A DNA stretch of 64,000 bases from Candidatus Latescibacterota bacterium (GTDB taxonomy: Bacteria > Latescibacterota > UBA2968 > UBA8231), in contig OZ241889.1 in NCBI GenBank assembly GCA_965203355.1, forward strand, positions 256,001-320,000, in the 5' to 3' direction. A program made the position numbers and the translations under genes. This document shows positions 45,503 through 57,137 of the stretch, piece after piece (within the stretch, counting starts at the first letter, position 1; the number at the start of each line of letters is the position of its first letter). The notes under the pieces are model-generated. The model searched no databases and had not been told where the DNA came from. It was given only the letters and a program-made list of their open reading frames with translations.

Positions 45503-48500
45503 TTAGGACGCTTCGGCCATGGCCTCGCGGAAGGCGACTAGCGCGGCTTCGTCGCCGGTCAGTCCGCGTTCCTCAACGCACTTGAAGGCGTTGAGCATTT
45601 TGCGGTAATCGCGCGGCATGACCTTGACGAACCGGGGCCGTGCCGCGCTCCATTGGTCCAAGACCCACTGACCGCGTGCGCTGTGCGTGTGCTGCACGTG
45701 GCGCTCGATCATGGACCGCAACTCGGCGACATCCTCGGCGTCTTCTACCGGCTCCATATCGGCCAACTCGTCGTTAAAGCGGAGCGCAAAGTCGCCCTCT
45801 TCGTCGAACACGTAGGCAATACCGCCCGACATTCCAGCGCCAAAATTGCGGCCCGTGCGGCCCAGCACCACGACCCGCCCGCCCGTCATGTACTCGCAGC
45901 CGTGGTCGCCCACGCCTTCCACTACGGCGTGGACGCCGCTGTTGCGTACGCAAAAGCGTTCGCCAGCAATACCGTGGATATACGCCTCGCCAGCGGTGGC
46001 ACCATAGAAGGCTACGTTGCCGCAAATGATGTTCTCCCACGGCACAAAAGTAGAGCCTTTGGGCGGATAGAGCACCAGCTTGGCACCTGAAAGCCCCTTG
46101 CCGAAGTAGTCGTTGGCATCGCCTTCCACTTCCATGGTCAGGCCCTTGGGCGTGAAGGCGGCAAAGCTCTGGCCAGCGGCACCGGAGAACTTGAGATGAA
46201 TGGTGTCCTCGGGCAGGCCCTCGGGACCGTAACGCCGCGTCACCTCGCTACCGAGAATCGTGCCGGTCACTCGGTTGGTATTTTCGATTGGCAACTCGGC
46301 CGCGACCGGCTCGCCGCTTTCAAGCGCCGGTTTGCACAGCGCCAGCAAGGTGGTGTTGTCGAGGGCCTCGTCCAGCCCGTGATCCTGCGGAATCTGACAG
46401 TAGCGCCCCACTTGCGGGCCGACCTCGGGCTGGTGCAAAATCGGCGTTAAGTCAATGCCGGCTGCCTTCCACAACGCAATGGCCTTCTTCGGCTCGAGCC
46501 GGTCCGTGCGGCCAATCATTTCATCGACCGTGCGGAACCCGAGCGCGGCCATGATCTCGCGCAGGTCCTCGGCGACAAAGCGCAGAAAGTTGACCACGTG
46601 ATCCGGGGTGCCGGTGAATTTGTCGCGCAGGTCGGGGTTTTGAGTCGCCACGCCCACCGGACAGGTGTCGAGGTGGCAGACCCGCATCATAATGCAACCC
46701 ATCGCAACCAGCGCCGTGGTGGCAAAACCGAACTCCTCCGCGCCCAGCAACGCCGCGATAGCCACGTCGCGCCCGGTCTTGAGCTGGCCGTCGGTCTCGA
46801 CGACGATGCGGCTGCGCAAGTCGTTGAGCACCAGCGTCTGATGCGTCTCGGCCAGCCCCAACTCCCAAGGCAGGCCAGCGTGCTTGATCGAAGTCTGCGG
46901 CGAGGCGCCGGTGCCGCCGTCGTGGCCCGAAATCAGCACCACATCCGCGTGGCCTTTCGCCACCCCAGCGGCGACAGTACCGACCCCGAACTCGGAGACC
47001 AGCTTGACGTTGATCCGCGCATGGACGTTTGAATTTTTGAGATCGTGGATTAGCTGCGCCAAGTCTTCAATCGAGTAAATGTCGTGGTGCGGCGGCGGCG
47101 AGATTAGCTCGACGCCTGGGGTTGAGTGGCGCACCTTGGCGATCCAAGGATAGACTTTGGTGCCGGGCAACTCGCCACCCTCGCCCGGCTTGGCACCCTG
47201 CGCCATCTTGATTTGCAGTTCTTTGGCTTGGGTCAGATAGTGGCTCGTCACGCCAAAGCGCCCGGAGGCCACTTGCTTAATCGCGCTATTTTTGGAGTCG
47301 CCGTTAGGCTCCATTACATAGCGGGCCGGGTCTTCGCCGCCTTCGCCGGTATTGCTCTTGCCGCCGAGGCGGTTCATGGCGATGGCCAAGCCTTCGTGCG
47401 CTTCCTTGCTAATCGAGCCGTAGGACATCGCCCCGCTTTTGAAGCGCCGGGTGATCTCCTCGACCGGCTCGACCTCTTCAATGGACACCGGCTCGGCCCC
47501 ACCCTTGAACTCCAACAAGCTCCGCAAGGTCGCCAAGCGCTCGGATTGGTCGTTGATCAATTCGGCGTACTGCTTGTACACCGCGTAGTCATTGGTGCGC
47601 GACGCCCGCTGTAGCAGGTGAATCGTCTTGGGGTTGAAGAGGTGGTGCTCGCCGCCCTTGCGCCATTGATAGTGTCCACCCACATCGAGCGTGCGGCCGT
47701 TGGTCGGGATCCGGGGAAAGGCCGCCTCGTGGCGCGCTAGGGCCTCGCGGGCAATGTCCTCAATGCCCATGCCCTTCACTTGGGTCGTGGTCCAAGTGAA
47801 GTACTGATCTACCACTTCTTGACTGAGCCCCACGGTCTCAAAAATCTGCGCCCCCCGATACGACTTGATCGTCGATATGCCCATCTTGGCCATCACCTTG
47901 ACCGTGCCTTTGATCGCCGCGTAGATGTAGCGCTCCTCGGCCTCCGCATAGGTATAGCCTTCGAGCATGTTTTCGCGGATCATGTCGTTGAGGCTCTCAA
48001 AGGCCATGTAGGGGTTGATCGCCTGTGCGCCGTAGCCCAGCAGCAGGCAGAAGTGATGCACCTCGCGCGGCTCGCCCGACTCGAGCGCCAAGCCAATGCG
48101 CGTACGCGTCTCCAGCCGCACTAAGTGGTGATGCACCCCGGATACGGCCAACAGCGCCGGAATCGGCACGTGGTCGGCATCTACGCCCCGATCGGAGAGG
48201 ATAATCAGGTTGCACCCTTCGGCGATGGCGGCATCGACTTTGGCACACAGCGCGTTCATGGCCTTGGCAAGGCCGGCCTCGCCATCGGCGCGCTCGAACA
48301 GAATCGGGATCGTCTCGGCCTTGTGGCCAAAGAGGTCAACCTGCCGGAGCTTTTCCAACTCGTCGTTTTTGAGGATCGGCCGTTGCAAGGTGATCTGGCG
48401 GCAGCTTGCTGGCTCGGGCACCAGCAAATTGCGCTCGGGGCCGATCTTGGTCTCGGCCGAGGTAATCAATTCCTCGCGCAGCGGGTCAAGCGGCGGATTC

Positions 48501-50089
48501 GTAACTTGGGCGAAGTGCTGCTTGAAGTAGCTGTAGAGAAGCTGCGGTCGCTCCGACAGGGCCGCCAGCGCCGCGTCGTTGCCCATGGAGCCGACTGGAT
48601 CCTTGAGCACCTGGACCATCGGCTTGAGGAAGACGCGCAGGTCCTCAAACGTATAGCCGAAGGCCTGCTGCCAGTGGAGCACGTCCTCGCGACGGTCCAA
48701 CAGGGGCACCCCCTCAACCTCGGGCAGGTCCTCAAGCGCGACTAGGTTGGCGTCGAGCCACGCCTGATAGGGATGCTCGGTGGCGACCTGGTGCTTGATC
48801 TCCTCATCGCTGATGATCCGGCCCTCCGCCGTATCGATCAAGAGCATTCGGCCCGGTTCCAGCCGACCTTTGAAAACCACGTCTTCCGGCGGCATACTCA
48901 GCACACCCGTTTCCGAAGCGAGCACCAGCGTATCGTCTTTGGCAATGTAGTAACGCGAGGGCCGAAAGCCGTTGCGGTCGAGCATGCCGCCGACGACAGT
49001 GCCGTCGGTAAAGGCCACCGAGGCCGGCCCGTCCCACGGCTCCATCAGACAGCTATGATACTCGTAAAAAGCCCGCTTCTCGGCGCTCATGGTCTCGTGG
49101 TTTTCCCACGGCTCGGGAATCATCATCATCACCGCGTGCGCCAACGAGCGCCCCCCCAAAGTCAACAGTTCGAGCACATTGTCGAACTTGGCCGAATCAG
49201 AGCCGTCTTCGTGGATGATGGGGAAGAGCTTGTCGATATCATCGCCGAAGTACTCAGACGCCAGCATCCCCTCGCGCGCGCGCATCCAGTTGCCGTTGCC
49301 GCGCACGGTGTTTATCTCGCCGTTGTGGATGATGTAGCGATAGGGATGCGCCCGCTCCCAGCTCGGGAAGGTGTTGGTGCTAAAGCGCGAATGCACCAGC
49401 GCGAGGGCCGCCTCAAATCGCTCGTCGCTCAAATCGGGAAAGTAGTCCGCGACTTGGTCGGAGATCAGCATGCCCTTATAGACGATGGTGCGGCAAGAGA
49501 GACTAGCCGGATAGAAGAAGTCGCCGCCCAAGACCTCGCCACTGTAGCGAATCGCGTTTTCGGCGCGCTTGCGGATGACGTAGAGCTTGCGCTCAAAGGC
49601 CAGCGCGTCGTCGCCTGGCCCCTGGCCGCGGCCAATAAATACCTGGCGTTGGAACGGCTCGCGCAGCTTGGCGGTGTGGCCCAAGGCCGCATTGTCGGTG
49701 GGCACGTCCCGCCAGCCGAGCAAGTGCTGGCCCTCTTCTGCGACGATGCGGGCGAAGCGTTCCTCGCAAACTTGGCGCTGAGCGGAATCGGGCGGCAAAA
49801 ACAACATACCTACTCCGTACTCGCCTGCTGAGGGCAAGGCAAAGTCGCAGATGGCGCGAAAGAACTTGTGGGGCAACTGCACCAACACACCGGCACCATC
49901 GCCCGTGTTGGCTTCGCAACCGCAGGCACCTCGGTGCTTGAGATGTTCCAAGACCTCTAAGGATTGGCGCACCAACTTGTGCGACTTGTGGCCCTTGATG
50001 TTGACGACAAAACCGATCCCGCAGGCGTCGCTTTCGCGGGCTGGATCATAAAGCCCCTGCTTATGCGGGTATCCGGGTATCCGGGTCAT
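45503..50089 (-). CDS. gltB: Glutamate synthase large subunit
   Basis: DACGIGF (N-terminal catalytic Cys), [41 protein letters not shown] and GXGXG C-terminal repeats. Start at MTRIPG. Confidence 0.97.
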   Translation of the reverse strand: MTRIPGYPHKQGLYDPARESDACGIGFVVNIKGHKSHKLVRQSLEVLEHLKHRGACGCEANTGDGAGVLVQLPHKFFRAICDFALPSAGEYGVGMLFLPPDSAQRQVCEERFARIVAEEGQHLLGWRDVPTDNAALGHTAKLREPFQRQVFIGRGQGPGDDALAFERKLYVIRKRAENAIRYSGEVLGGDFFYPASLSCRTIVYKGMLISDQVADYFPDLSDERFEAALALVHSRFSTNTFPSWERAHPYRYIIHNGEINTVRGNGNWMRAREGMLASEYFGDDIDKLFPIIHEDGSDSAKFDNVLELLTLGGRSLAHAVMMMIPEPWENHETMSAEKRAFYEYHSCLMEPWDGPASVAFTDGTVVGGMLDRNGFRPSRYYIAKDDTLVLASETGVLSMPPEDVVFKGRLEPGRMLLIDTAEGRIISDEEIKHQVATEHPYQAWLDANLVALEDLPEVEGVPLLDRREDVLHWQQAFGYTFEDLRVFLKPMVQVLKDPVGSMGNDAALAALSERPQLLYSYFKQHFAQVTNPPLDPLREELITSAETKIGPERNLLVPEPASCRQITLQRPILKNDELEKLRQVDLFGHKAETIPILFERADGEAGLAKAMNALCAKVDAAIAEGCNLIILSDRGVDADHVPIPALLAVSGVHHHLVRLETRTRIGLALESGEPREVHHFCLLLGYGAQAINPYMAFESLNDMIRENMLEGYTYAEAEERYIYAAIKGTVKVMAKMGISTIKSYRGAQIFETVGLSQEVVDQYFTWTTTQVKGMGIEDIAREALARHEAAFPRIPTNGRTLDVGGHYQWRKGGEHHLFNPKTIHLLQRASRTNDYAVYKQYAELINDQSERLATLRSLLEFKGGAEPVSIEEVEPVEEITRRFKSGAMSYGSISKEAHEGLAIAMNRLGGKSNTGEGGEDPARYVMEPNGDSKNSAIKQVASGRFGVTSHYLTQAKELQIKMAQGAKPGEGGELPGTKVYPWIAKVRHSTPGVELISPPPHHDIYSIEDLAQLIHDLKNSNVHARINVKLVSEFGVGTVAAGVAKGHADVVLISGHDGGTGASPQTSIKHAGLPWELGLAETHQTLVLNDLRSRIVVETDGQLKTGRDVAIAALLGAEEFGFATTALVAMGCIMMRVCHLDTCPVGVATQNPDLRDKFTGTPDHVVNFLRFVAEDLREIMAALGFRTVDEMIGRTDRLEPKKAIALWKAAGIDLTPILHQPEVGPQVGRYCQIPQDHGLDEALDNTTLLALCKPALESGEPVAAELPIENTNRVTGTILGSEVTRRYGPEGLPEDTIHLKFSGAAGQSFAAFTPKGLTMEVEGDANDYFGKGLSGAKLVLYPPKGSTFVPWENIICGNVAFYGATAGEAYIHGIAGERFCVRNSGVHAVVEGVGDHGCEYMTGGRVVVLGRTGRNFGAGMSGGIAYVFDEEGDFALRFNDELADMEPVEDAEDVAELRSMIERHVQHTHSARGQWVLDQWSAARPRFVKVMPRDYRKMLNAFKCVEERGLTGDEAALVAFREAMAEAS

Positions 50090-50264
50090 TTTAATTTTCC
50101 TTGCTCGATCGGCTAAAAAAAGAAGGGTTAATATATGAACTGCGGCTATGTTGTCAAACGCCCTTACGCCAATTTCCACAATTTTCTTGAAACATCCCTT
50201 GACAGCATGGCCGTGTATGGCCTAAATTGCGCCAACTTTTACCTTTCAAGGGATAATTTAGGCC

Positions 50265-50840
50265 ATGAGATATTTTGACGAACAAGAGCGGCAGATCGTC
50301 CGCACCCTCATCCGCAACCCCCGCTGCTCGGACAACCGCATCAGCACCTTGACTGGCGTGCCCGTGCGCACCGTCAGCCGCAAGCGCACACGCCTCGAAC
50401 AGGAGAACATCCTCTTCTACTACGCGGCGGTCGATATGCAGGCCCAAGGCACGGGCCGTTTCGCGACCCAGCACATGCTCACCATCAAGTTCAAATTGGG
50501 CATCACCCACAGCCAGATCGTGCGGGAAATCCGCTCTGAACCCAATGTTGCCAATGTATTCAGCGAGCTAATCCGCGACAGCTATATCGCCGAAGTAGAT
50601 GGCCACATCGCGTTGGTGATGGTCGTCGAAGGCGAGTCCGACAGCGATGTGGCCGAAAGTGTCCAGGGCAAGATCATTCCCTCGCTACAGAAAAACCACG
50701 GCGAGGACTCGATCCAAGAGCTACAAACCATCCGCCTGTTGGCCCCCATCAGGCGGCTACACAACTATTTGCCCATGGTAAATACGAAGGCGGGTTTCAT
50801 CGTGGAATCTTGGCCGGACGACGCCATTTTCGTCGAGTAA
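50265..50840 (+). CDS. Lrp/AsnC-like winged-HTH transcriptional regulator
   Basis: DEQERQIVRTLIRNPRCSDNRISTLTGVPVRTVSRKRTRLE HTH pattern; divergent from gltBD. Confidence 0.75.
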   Translation: MRYFDEQERQIVRTLIRNPRCSDNRISTLTGVPVRTVSRKRTRLEQENILFYYAAVDMQAQGTGRFATQHMLTIKFKLGITHSQIVREIRSEPNVANVFSELIRDSYIAEVDGHIALVMVVEGESDSDVAESVQGKIIPSLQKNHGEDSIQELQTIRLLAPIRRLHNYLPMVNTKAGFIVESWPDDAIFVE

Positions 50841-50845
50841 CGGTG

Positions 50846-52219
50846 TTATCCACTTTCCTTTACCGCGGCCACCAAATCCAACACGGCCTCCTTGGCACTG
50901 CCGAAAAACATCAGTGTATTCTCTGCGGCAAAGAGCGGATTGGGCAGACCGGCAAATCCCGGGCTCAGGCTCCGCTTAATCACCACCACGGTGCGTGCAT
51001 GATCCACGTCGAGGATCGGCATCCCGGCAATAGGCCCGGAATCAGCGTCGCGGGCGAGGGGGTTGACCACGTCGTTGGCACCGATGATCAGGGCCACATC
51101 GGTCTGCTGGAAGGTCGGGTTGATCCGGTCCATCTCCACTAGCTTGTCGTAGGGCACTTCGGCCTCGGCCAACAGCACGTTCATGTGGCCCGGCATCCGG
51201 CCAGCCACCGGATGGATGGCGTATTCGACCTCGACGCCGCGCTCTTCGAGCAAATTGGCCAAATCCCGCACGGCGTGCTGCGCTTGAGCCACGGCCATGC
51301 CGTAGCCAGGGACTACCACCACGCGCCGGGCCGTGTCAAACAGCAGCGCGACTTCCTCGGCCGAAGTCGACTTGATCTTACCGGCATAGACCTCGTCATC
51401 GCTGGTTCCGCTTGCGACCTCGGCACCAACGCCGCCGAAGAATACGTTGCCCAGCGAGCGGTTCATGGCCCGGCACATGATCTGCGTCAAAATCAGCCCC
51501 GAGGCCCCTACCAGCGACCCGGCGATAATCAGCACGTTGTTGTCGAGCACAAAGCCGGTAGCTGCTGCCGCCAGACCCGAGCACGAATTGAGCAAGGCAA
51601 TCACCACCGGCATATCGGCTCCGCCTATGGGCAATACGAGCAACAAGCCCAACAGGGACGCCACGCCGACCATGAGCCAGAAGGCGTCCGGCTCGCCCAG
51701 AACCAACCAAGCACCCAAACCCGCACTGCCGAGGGCCAGCACCCCGTTGCAAAACGGCTGGCCGGGAAACCGCACCAAACCCTTTAACACTTCCATCAGC
51801 TTGAGAAAAGCCACGATACTGCCCCAGAAGGTCACCGCGCCGATGATCCCAGAAGCCGCCGTGGCGGCTGTGAATTGGTAGGAAGGAGCCTGCGCCTCAA
51901 TCAGCGCCGCGCCGGCTACCAGCGCGGAGGCACCGCCGCCCAAGCCGTTAAAAACCGCCACCAACTCGGGCATGGAGGTTATGGGAATTTTTACCGCGAG
52001 GACCATGCCAATCAACGCACCGACTACGACCCCGAGCAAAATGTATTCGCCGGCGAGAATCCGCTGATCCAGCAAGGTGGTGACGACGGCCAACAGCATC
52101 CCCAAGGCCCCCAGCAAATTGCCGCGCACAGCCGTGCGCGGGTGCGTCAATCCCTTGAGGCCGAGAATGAAGAGGACCGAAGCGACCAAATAGGCGAAAT
52201 TAATCAGGGTCGCGCTCAT
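50846..52219 (-). CDS. pntB: NAD(P) transhydrogenase subunit beta
   Basis: PIGGADMPVVI, VVPGYGMAVAQAQH, IHPVAGRMPGHMNVLLAEA and GANDVVNP. Confidence 0.97.
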   Translation of the reverse strand: MSATLINFAYLVASVLFILGLKGLTHPRTAVRGNLLGALGMLLAVVTTLLDQRILAGEYILLGVVVGALIGMVLAVKIPITSMPELVAVFNGLGGGASALVAGAALIEAQAPSYQFTAATAASGIIGAVTFWGSIVAFLKLMEVLKGLVRFPGQPFCNGVLALGSAGLGAWLVLGEPDAFWLMVGVASLLGLLLVLPIGGADMPVVIALLNSCSGLAAAATGFVLDNNVLIIAGSLVGASGLILTQIMCRAMNRSLGNVFFGGVGAEVASGTSDDEVYAGKIKSTSAEEVALLFDTARRVVVVPGYGMAVAQAQHAVRDLANLLEERGVEVEYAIHPVAGRMPGHMNVLLAEAEVPYDKLVEMDRINPTFQQTDVALIIGANDVVNPLARDADSGPIAGMPILDVDHARTVVVIKRSLSPGFAGLPNPLFAAENTLMFFGSAKEAVLDLVAAVKESG

Positions 52220-52222
52220 GCG

Positions 52223-52504
52223 CTAGTCCCGCCTCCTAAACATCCCCAACATGCGGTGCGTCACCATGAATCCACCTACCACGTTGATGGTGGCGAAGAT
52301 GACAGCCGCCACCCCCAAATAGGTCGCCAAGGCTGAGTGCTCAGAACCAGCCGAGAGCAGCGCGCCGATCAGGGTGATACCGGAGATGGCGTTGGAGCCG
52401 GACATCAGCGGCGTGTGCAGAGTCGGCGGGATCTTGGTGATGATTTCAAAACCGACGAAGACAGCGAGTGCAAATACCGTCAGCGCGGCCACTAAGACAT
52501 CCAC
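52223..52504 (-). CDS. pntA: NAD(P) transhydrogenase subunit alpha, membrane part (PntA2)
   Basis: LHTPLMSGSNAISG and INVVGGFMVTHRMLGMF. Confidence 0.95.
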   Translation of the reverse strand: MDVLVAALTVFALAVFVGFEIITKIPPTLHTPLMSGSNAISGITLIGALLSAGSEHSALATYLGVAAVIFATINVVGGFMVTHRMLGMFRRRD

Positions 52505-53652
52505 TATGAGCTTCCTTTGCGAATGCGCGGATGGACGATCTCACCGTCGCGCAACACCAAGGTTTCGCGCGTGATTTCGTCCTCCATGTCAAATTGCAAC
52601 GCCCCCTCGCCCGCCAAGTGGCGGAGAAAGGTCGCGATATTGTGCGAGTACATTTGGCTGGCGTGGTGCGGCACCGTGGCTGGCAGATTGAGCGGCCCCA
52701 TGATCTGCACTCCGTCCTCGACGATCGTCTCCCCCAGGCGCGTCAACTCGCAGTTGCCACCGCGCTCAGCGGCCAAATCGACGATGACCGACCCCGGCCC
52801 CATGCTCTGCACGGCATCCGCCGTAATCAACAAAGGGGCTGGTTGCCCCGGGATGGCGGCCGTAGTGATAATTACGTCGCTCTGACCAGCGACCTTGGCC
52901 AGTTCCTCGCGCTGGCGGCGGTAGAACACCTCGTCCTGCGCCCGTGCGTATCCGCCGGCGTCCTCGGAGTCGCCGGTGTCAATGTCCAATTCCACGAATT
53001 CAGCCCCCAGGCTCTCGACCTGTTCTTTGACCGCTGGTCGCACGTCGTACGCCCGGATAACCGCCCCCAGGCGGCGGGCCGTGGCAATGGCTTGGAGACC
53101 AGCGACCCCAGCACCGATGACCAGCACCCGAGACGGAGTCAACGTGCCAGCGGCTGTCATTAAGAGGGGGAACATGCGCGGCAGAGCCGCAGCGGCCAAG
53201 AGCACCGCTTTGTAGCCGGCGATCGTGGCCATGGACGAGAGCACATCCATACTCTGGGCGCGGGTGATGCGCGGCATCAATTCCATGGCGAACAGCGTCG
53301 CTCCGACACCGGCCAGCGCACCCAACTCCGAGCCAGCAGTCAGCGGGTCTGAGGCTCCGATGAGGACTTGACCGGATCGAATCCGGGTCAAGTCGGCGCG
53401 ACCCGCCTCCGGGTTCGCGCCGAGCGTACGCACCTGAAGCATCACCTCGGCACGGGCGAACACCTCGTCGCGATCCGCCGCGATTGCTGCGCCGCGCTCG
53501 GCATAGGCCGCATCGGCATAGCCGGCGGCGGCACCCGCGCCCGACTCTATTAGGATGTCCGCATTGCAGGCCGACAACCCGGACACAGCCTCCGGGACCA
53601 AGGCGACCCGCTGCTCACCCGGGAAGGTCTCTCGTGCGATACCAACGATCAT
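52504..53652 (-). CDS. pntA: NAD(P) transhydrogenase subunit alpha, NAD-binding part (PntA1)
   Basis: EQRVALVP, PRITRAQSMDVLSS, GAGVAGLQA, GGYA and VDLAAERGGNCE. Confidence 0.95.
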   Translation of the reverse strand: MIVGIARETFPGEQRVALVPEAVSGLSACNADILIESGAGAAAGYADAAYAERGAAIAADRDEVFARAEVMLQVRTLGANPEAGRADLTRIRSGQVLIGASDPLTAGSELGALAGVGATLFAMELMPRITRAQSMDVLSSMATIAGYKAVLLAAAALPRMFPLLMTAAGTLTPSRVLVIGAGVAGLQAIATARRLGAVIRAYDVRPAVKEQVESLGAEFVELDIDTGDSEDAGGYARAQDEVFYRRQREELAKVAGQSDVIITTAAIPGQPAPLLITADAVQSMGPGSVIVDLAAERGGNCELTRLGETIVEDGVQIMGPLNLPATVPHHASQMYSHNIATFLRHLAGEGALQFDMEDEITRETLVLRDGEIVHPRIRKGSS

Positions 53653-53655
53653 TGC

Positions 53656-53946
53656 TCAGTGGTGGGACACCAGTTTGTCGTGGTGCTTCTTGAGCTGAAT
53701 CTCGATCTTGGACTCGGCTTCGGCGAGGGCCTTGTAGAGATTGTCCGCCGCCCCGGTCGCCGCAAACGTGCGCTGCGGCACCTTGACGATAATTTCCACT
53801 TTGTCGTCGTGCTTTTCCTTGTCGAGGACGACTTCGCAATCCACGATGCGGTCGAAGTAGTTTTCGAATTTAGTACAAGAATTGGCAATGTGCGCTTTGG
53901 TTTCTTCTGAGATCTTTCCTTGACGCACACTGATTTTGGGCTGCAT
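53656..53946 (-). CDS. hpf: Ribosome hibernation promoting factor (short HPF/RaiA)
   Basis: 96 aa with NLYKALAEAESKIEIQLKKHHDK pattern; RBS AAAGGA. Confidence 0.88.
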   Translation of the reverse strand: MQPKISVRQGKISEETKAHIANSCTKFENYFDRIVDCEVVLDKEKHDDKVEIIVKVPQRTFAATGAADNLYKALAEAESKIEIQLKKHHDKLVSHH

Positions 53947-53994
53947 CTCCTAGTCCTTTCTGTTGACAAAATTTAATCGCTGGCCCGCGCTTAG

Positions 53995-55278
53995 TCAGGG
54001 CCGCTCGGCAAGCGGCTGATAGGTCCGCTGCACTGAGCCGGTGTAAATCTGGCGTGGGCGGCTGATTTTGGTGGCCTTGCTCTCCTCGTACCAATGCGCG
54101 ATCCAGCCCGGCATGCGGCCGATGGCGAAGATCACGGTGAACATCTCCTTGGGAATGCCAAGGGCGCGGAGAATGACGCCGCTGTAGAAATCCACGTTGG
54201 GATAGAGCTTGCGCTGGATAAAGTACTCGTCCCCCAGCGCCGCGGTTTCCAGTTCTTTGGCTAGGTCCAGCAGCGGATCGTCAATGTGGAGCTTGGCCAA
54301 TACTTTCTCGCAGCTTCTTCTGATGATCTTGGCGCGCGGGTCAAAATTCTTGTACACCCGATGCCCAAACCCCATCAAGCGAATCCCGGCCTTCTTGTCT
54401 TTGACCTGCGCCACGTAATCGCCGACCGAGATGTTTTCGTCGCGGATTTTTTCCAGCATATCGACCACCGCCACATTGGCCCCACCGTGCAGCGGCCCCC
54501 ACAAGGCAGAGACGCCCGCCGCCATCGAAGCGAAGAGATTGGCTTCGCTACTGCCGACCATCCGCACCGTAGAGGTGCTGCAATTCTGCTCGTGGTCGGC
54601 GTGGAGGAGGAAAATCAAATCCAGCGCATCGACCAGCACCGGGTCGGCCTCAAACTCGTTGTGCGGCTGGCTGAACATCATGTGCAGAAAATTCTCGGCG
54701 TACCGTTTCTTGGGATGCGGGTACTCGATGTGGTGGCCCTGCTGCTGGCGATAGGAATAGGCGGCAATGGTGCGGACCTTGGACATGATGCGCGCGGCCG
54801 CTTCGATGAAGGTCTCTTCGTCCTGAATTTCCAACAGTTCGGGATAGTAGCAACTCAAGGCGTTGAGCACCGAGGACAACACGGCCATCGGCGGCGAGTT
54901 GGGCGGGAAGAGGCTGAAGTGTTGCTTGAGCTCCTCGCGCAACATCTGGTGCTTGGTCAACAGCGCACTAAATTCGTCTAGCTGGGCGGCGTTAGGCAAC
55001 TCGCCCCAGATCAGCAAATAGGCTACCTCAATGAAGCGGCTGTACTCGGCCAAATCCTCGATCGCGTAACCTCGGTAGCGCAGGATGCCCGCATCGCCAT
55101 CGATAAAGGTGATATCGCTCTGACAAGATCCCGTATTGCCGTAGCCAGGGTCTAGGGCGATATACCCGGTCTCGGCACGCAATCTGGCAATGTCGACCGC
55201 CTTTTCGCCCTCGCTGCCGACGACAACGGGTAACTCGACGCGCTGGTCCCCAACCTGCAAGCGGGCAGTTTCCGCCAT
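53995..55278 (-). CDS. gltA: Citrate synthase (type II)
   Basis: DPGYGNTGSC, LRYRGY, HADHEQNCSTS, LWGPLHGGAN, LMGFGHRVYK and YPNVDFYSG. Confidence 0.97.
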   Translation of the reverse strand: MAETARLQVGDQRVELPVVVGSEGEKAVDIARLRAETGYIALDPGYGNTGSCQSDITFIDGDAGILRYRGYAIEDLAEYSRFIEVAYLLIWGELPNAAQLDEFSALLTKHQMLREELKQHFSLFPPNSPPMAVLSSVLNALSCYYPELLEIQDEETFIEAAARIMSKVRTIAAYSYRQQQGHHIEYPHPKKRYAENFLHMMFSQPHNEFEADPVLVDALDLIFLLHADHEQNCSTSTVRMVGSSEANLFASMAAGVSALWGPLHGGANVAVVDMLEKIRDENISVGDYVAQVKDKKAGIRLMGFGHRVYKNFDPRAKIIRRSCEKVLAKLHIDDPLLDLAKELETAALGDEYFIQRKLYPNVDFYSGVILRALGIPKEMFTVIFAIGRMPGWIAHWYEESKATKISRPRQIYTGSVQRTYQPLAERP

Positions 55279-55442
55279 GTTTCGCTCTCCTATAACTCGG
55301 TCGCCGAGGGCACTGAATCGCGCCCAAGCGAAGTGTGCTGTTTTTATCAGATAGTAGGCCCTAAAATTTGCACTGTCAATTGTCGCCGATACGCGCTGGT
55401 AGGTACTCGATACCCGTGAATTGAACGGCGACGACTAGCTGG

Positions 55443-57122
55443 CTACTGGCGCGGAATCACCGGCAAAAGTACGTGAGACGGATGCGCTCTAGCGTGTTGC
55501 ACCGTCTGTTGGGCGCGGCGCATCTCCGCGTCCGTACCGAGGTCGTTGCCGGTGTTGTGGTTTCTGTCGAAGCGCGGAAAATTGGACGAGGATACTTCGA
55601 CTCTGATCCTGTGCCCCTTCTTAAAGACATTGCCGGTGACGGCGAGATCGATCTCGTACTGGTACACTTGCCCCGGCTGGAGCAACTTGGGGGAAGTAAA
55701 TCCTTCGCGATAGCGTGCCCGGACGATGCCGTCGCAGAGATTCTTGGCGTACCCGCTGGTCGACACATCTACCAGCTTGGCGGTCCAGTCGGTATCTAGC
55801 CCGTCTGTAGCCGCATATAGAACGACCTTGATCGGCCCGGTCACCTCGAGATCGGCTACCAAAGGCTCGCTGGTGTAACAGAGCACGTCGGACCGCATCT
55901 CCACGTCGCGCTGGTCGTACGGCCCCCAAGGCACAATATGGGGCGAGCAACAGTTGTTGCCGCCCACAGTCTGCACGGGAAAATCGGGATCGTACGAGAA
56001 GTGATCGGCCGGCTCGTCGCCCGGCTCAACCGGCGACAAGCTACCATCGCCCAACAGCGTGTTGGCATGGCCCGATGAGTGTAGATACCACTTTTGCCAG
56101 TCGGTTCTAGCCAGCGGCCATTCGCGCTCGTCTCTCCATTCATTGATCCCCATGATGAAGAGCCGCAGTGGGGCCTCGCCGACGATGCCGTTGTCCATGC
56201 CCTTCAGCCAATAATCAAACCAGCGCGCCTCCAACGCCTCCAAGTCGTACAGCGAGTTCGCTCCAAAGTCGATGTCGCCCGTCTTAGTAGAAGCGCTGAG
56301 CGCGTGCGGCCAAGGACCGACGATGAGTTGACTTTGCCTAGCTTCGGGCGTCCGCCCGTGCAGCCTTAGACCGTTGAAGTTGATGAAGGTGTTGTGAGCG
56401 TAGAGGTCGTACCAGCCTCCCATCACTAGCGCGGGGGCTGCGATTTCGCCCCACTTGTTTTCGACGTTGACCGCGTCCCAATAGGAATCGTACTCGGTGT
56501 GCGTCACCCAATCCTGCCAAAACTGTAGCGTGCGGCCCGCCTGTCGGTCCATGTCGAGGAGCGGGACCAAGCGGAAAGCCTCGGTCCAGTCGTGGTATTC
56601 AATGCTCTGAGCGGTGCGGCCATTAGTCCGCATTCCCCACGTGAGGGCGACGTTGAGTTGGAACGCCCCGCCGGGGTGGATGAGACCCGAATATAGATCA
56701 CCGCACATGACCCTTGGCGCCATGCACGTCAGGTACTGGCTGCGGTGTGGCGCACTCTGCCACTGCACCCAGCCGAGGTAGGAGCCACCTGCCATGCCGA
56801 TCTTGCCGTCGCTCCACTCCTGCTGGCCAATCCATTCCTGCGTATCAAAACCGTCCGGGCCGTGGCCGAACAGCGCGTAGTGAACGCCGTCGGAGTCCCA
56901 GCGCCCCCGCACGTCTTGGATGACGCAGGCATAGCCGTTGTTGGCCAGCCGCATGGCCTTCTCGATCATCGGCGGCGCGTTGTTGTCGTACGGTGTGCGC
57001 ATCAACACGGTCGGGAACTTGCCCGATGCCTTCGGCAGATAGATGTCGGCAGAAAGATCGACGCCGTCCCGCATAGGCGTTCGGACGTTCAACCTCATAT
57101 CGACTGCGTAGTTTGGCTGCAT
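55443..57122 (-). CDS. CocE/NonD family hydrolase (peptidase S15-like)
   Basis: MRDGVDLSADIYLP, RTPY, QDVRGR, GGSYLG, GWYD, GPWPH and SSNFPRFDRN. Confidence 0.93.
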   Translation of the reverse strand: MQPNYAVDMRLNVRTPMRDGVDLSADIYLPKASGKFPTVLMRTPYDNNAPPMIEKAMRLANNGYACVIQDVRGRWDSDGVHYALFGHGPDGFDTQEWIGQQEWSDGKIGMAGGSYLGWVQWQSAPHRSQYLTCMAPRVMCGDLYSGLIHPGGAFQLNVALTWGMRTNGRTAQSIEYHDWTEAFRLVPLLDMDRQAGRTLQFWQDWVTHTEYDSYWDAVNVENKWGEIAAPALVMGGWYDLYAHNTFINFNGLRLHGRTPEARQSQLIVGPWPHALSASTKTGDIDFGANSLYDLEALEARWFDYWLKGMDNGIVGEAPLRLFIMGINEWRDEREWPLARTDWQKWYLHSSGHANTLLGDGSLSPVEPGDEPADHFSYDPDFPVQTVGGNNCCSPHIVPWGPYDQRDVEMRSDVLCYTSEPLVADLEVTGPIKVVLYAATDGLDTDWTAKLVDVSTSGYAKNLCDGIVRARYREGFTSPKLLQPGQVYQYEIDLAVTGNVFKKGHRIRVEVSSSNFPRFDRNHNTGNDLGTDAEMRRAQQTVQHARAHPSHVLLPVIPRQ

Positions 57123-57137
57123 AGTTGGTAGCCGCTC

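Noticed and set aside
50066-50086. CGGGTATC short tandem repeat at the gltB 5' end
   Set aside because: About 2.5 copies in the variable propeptide region, with the reading frame intact.
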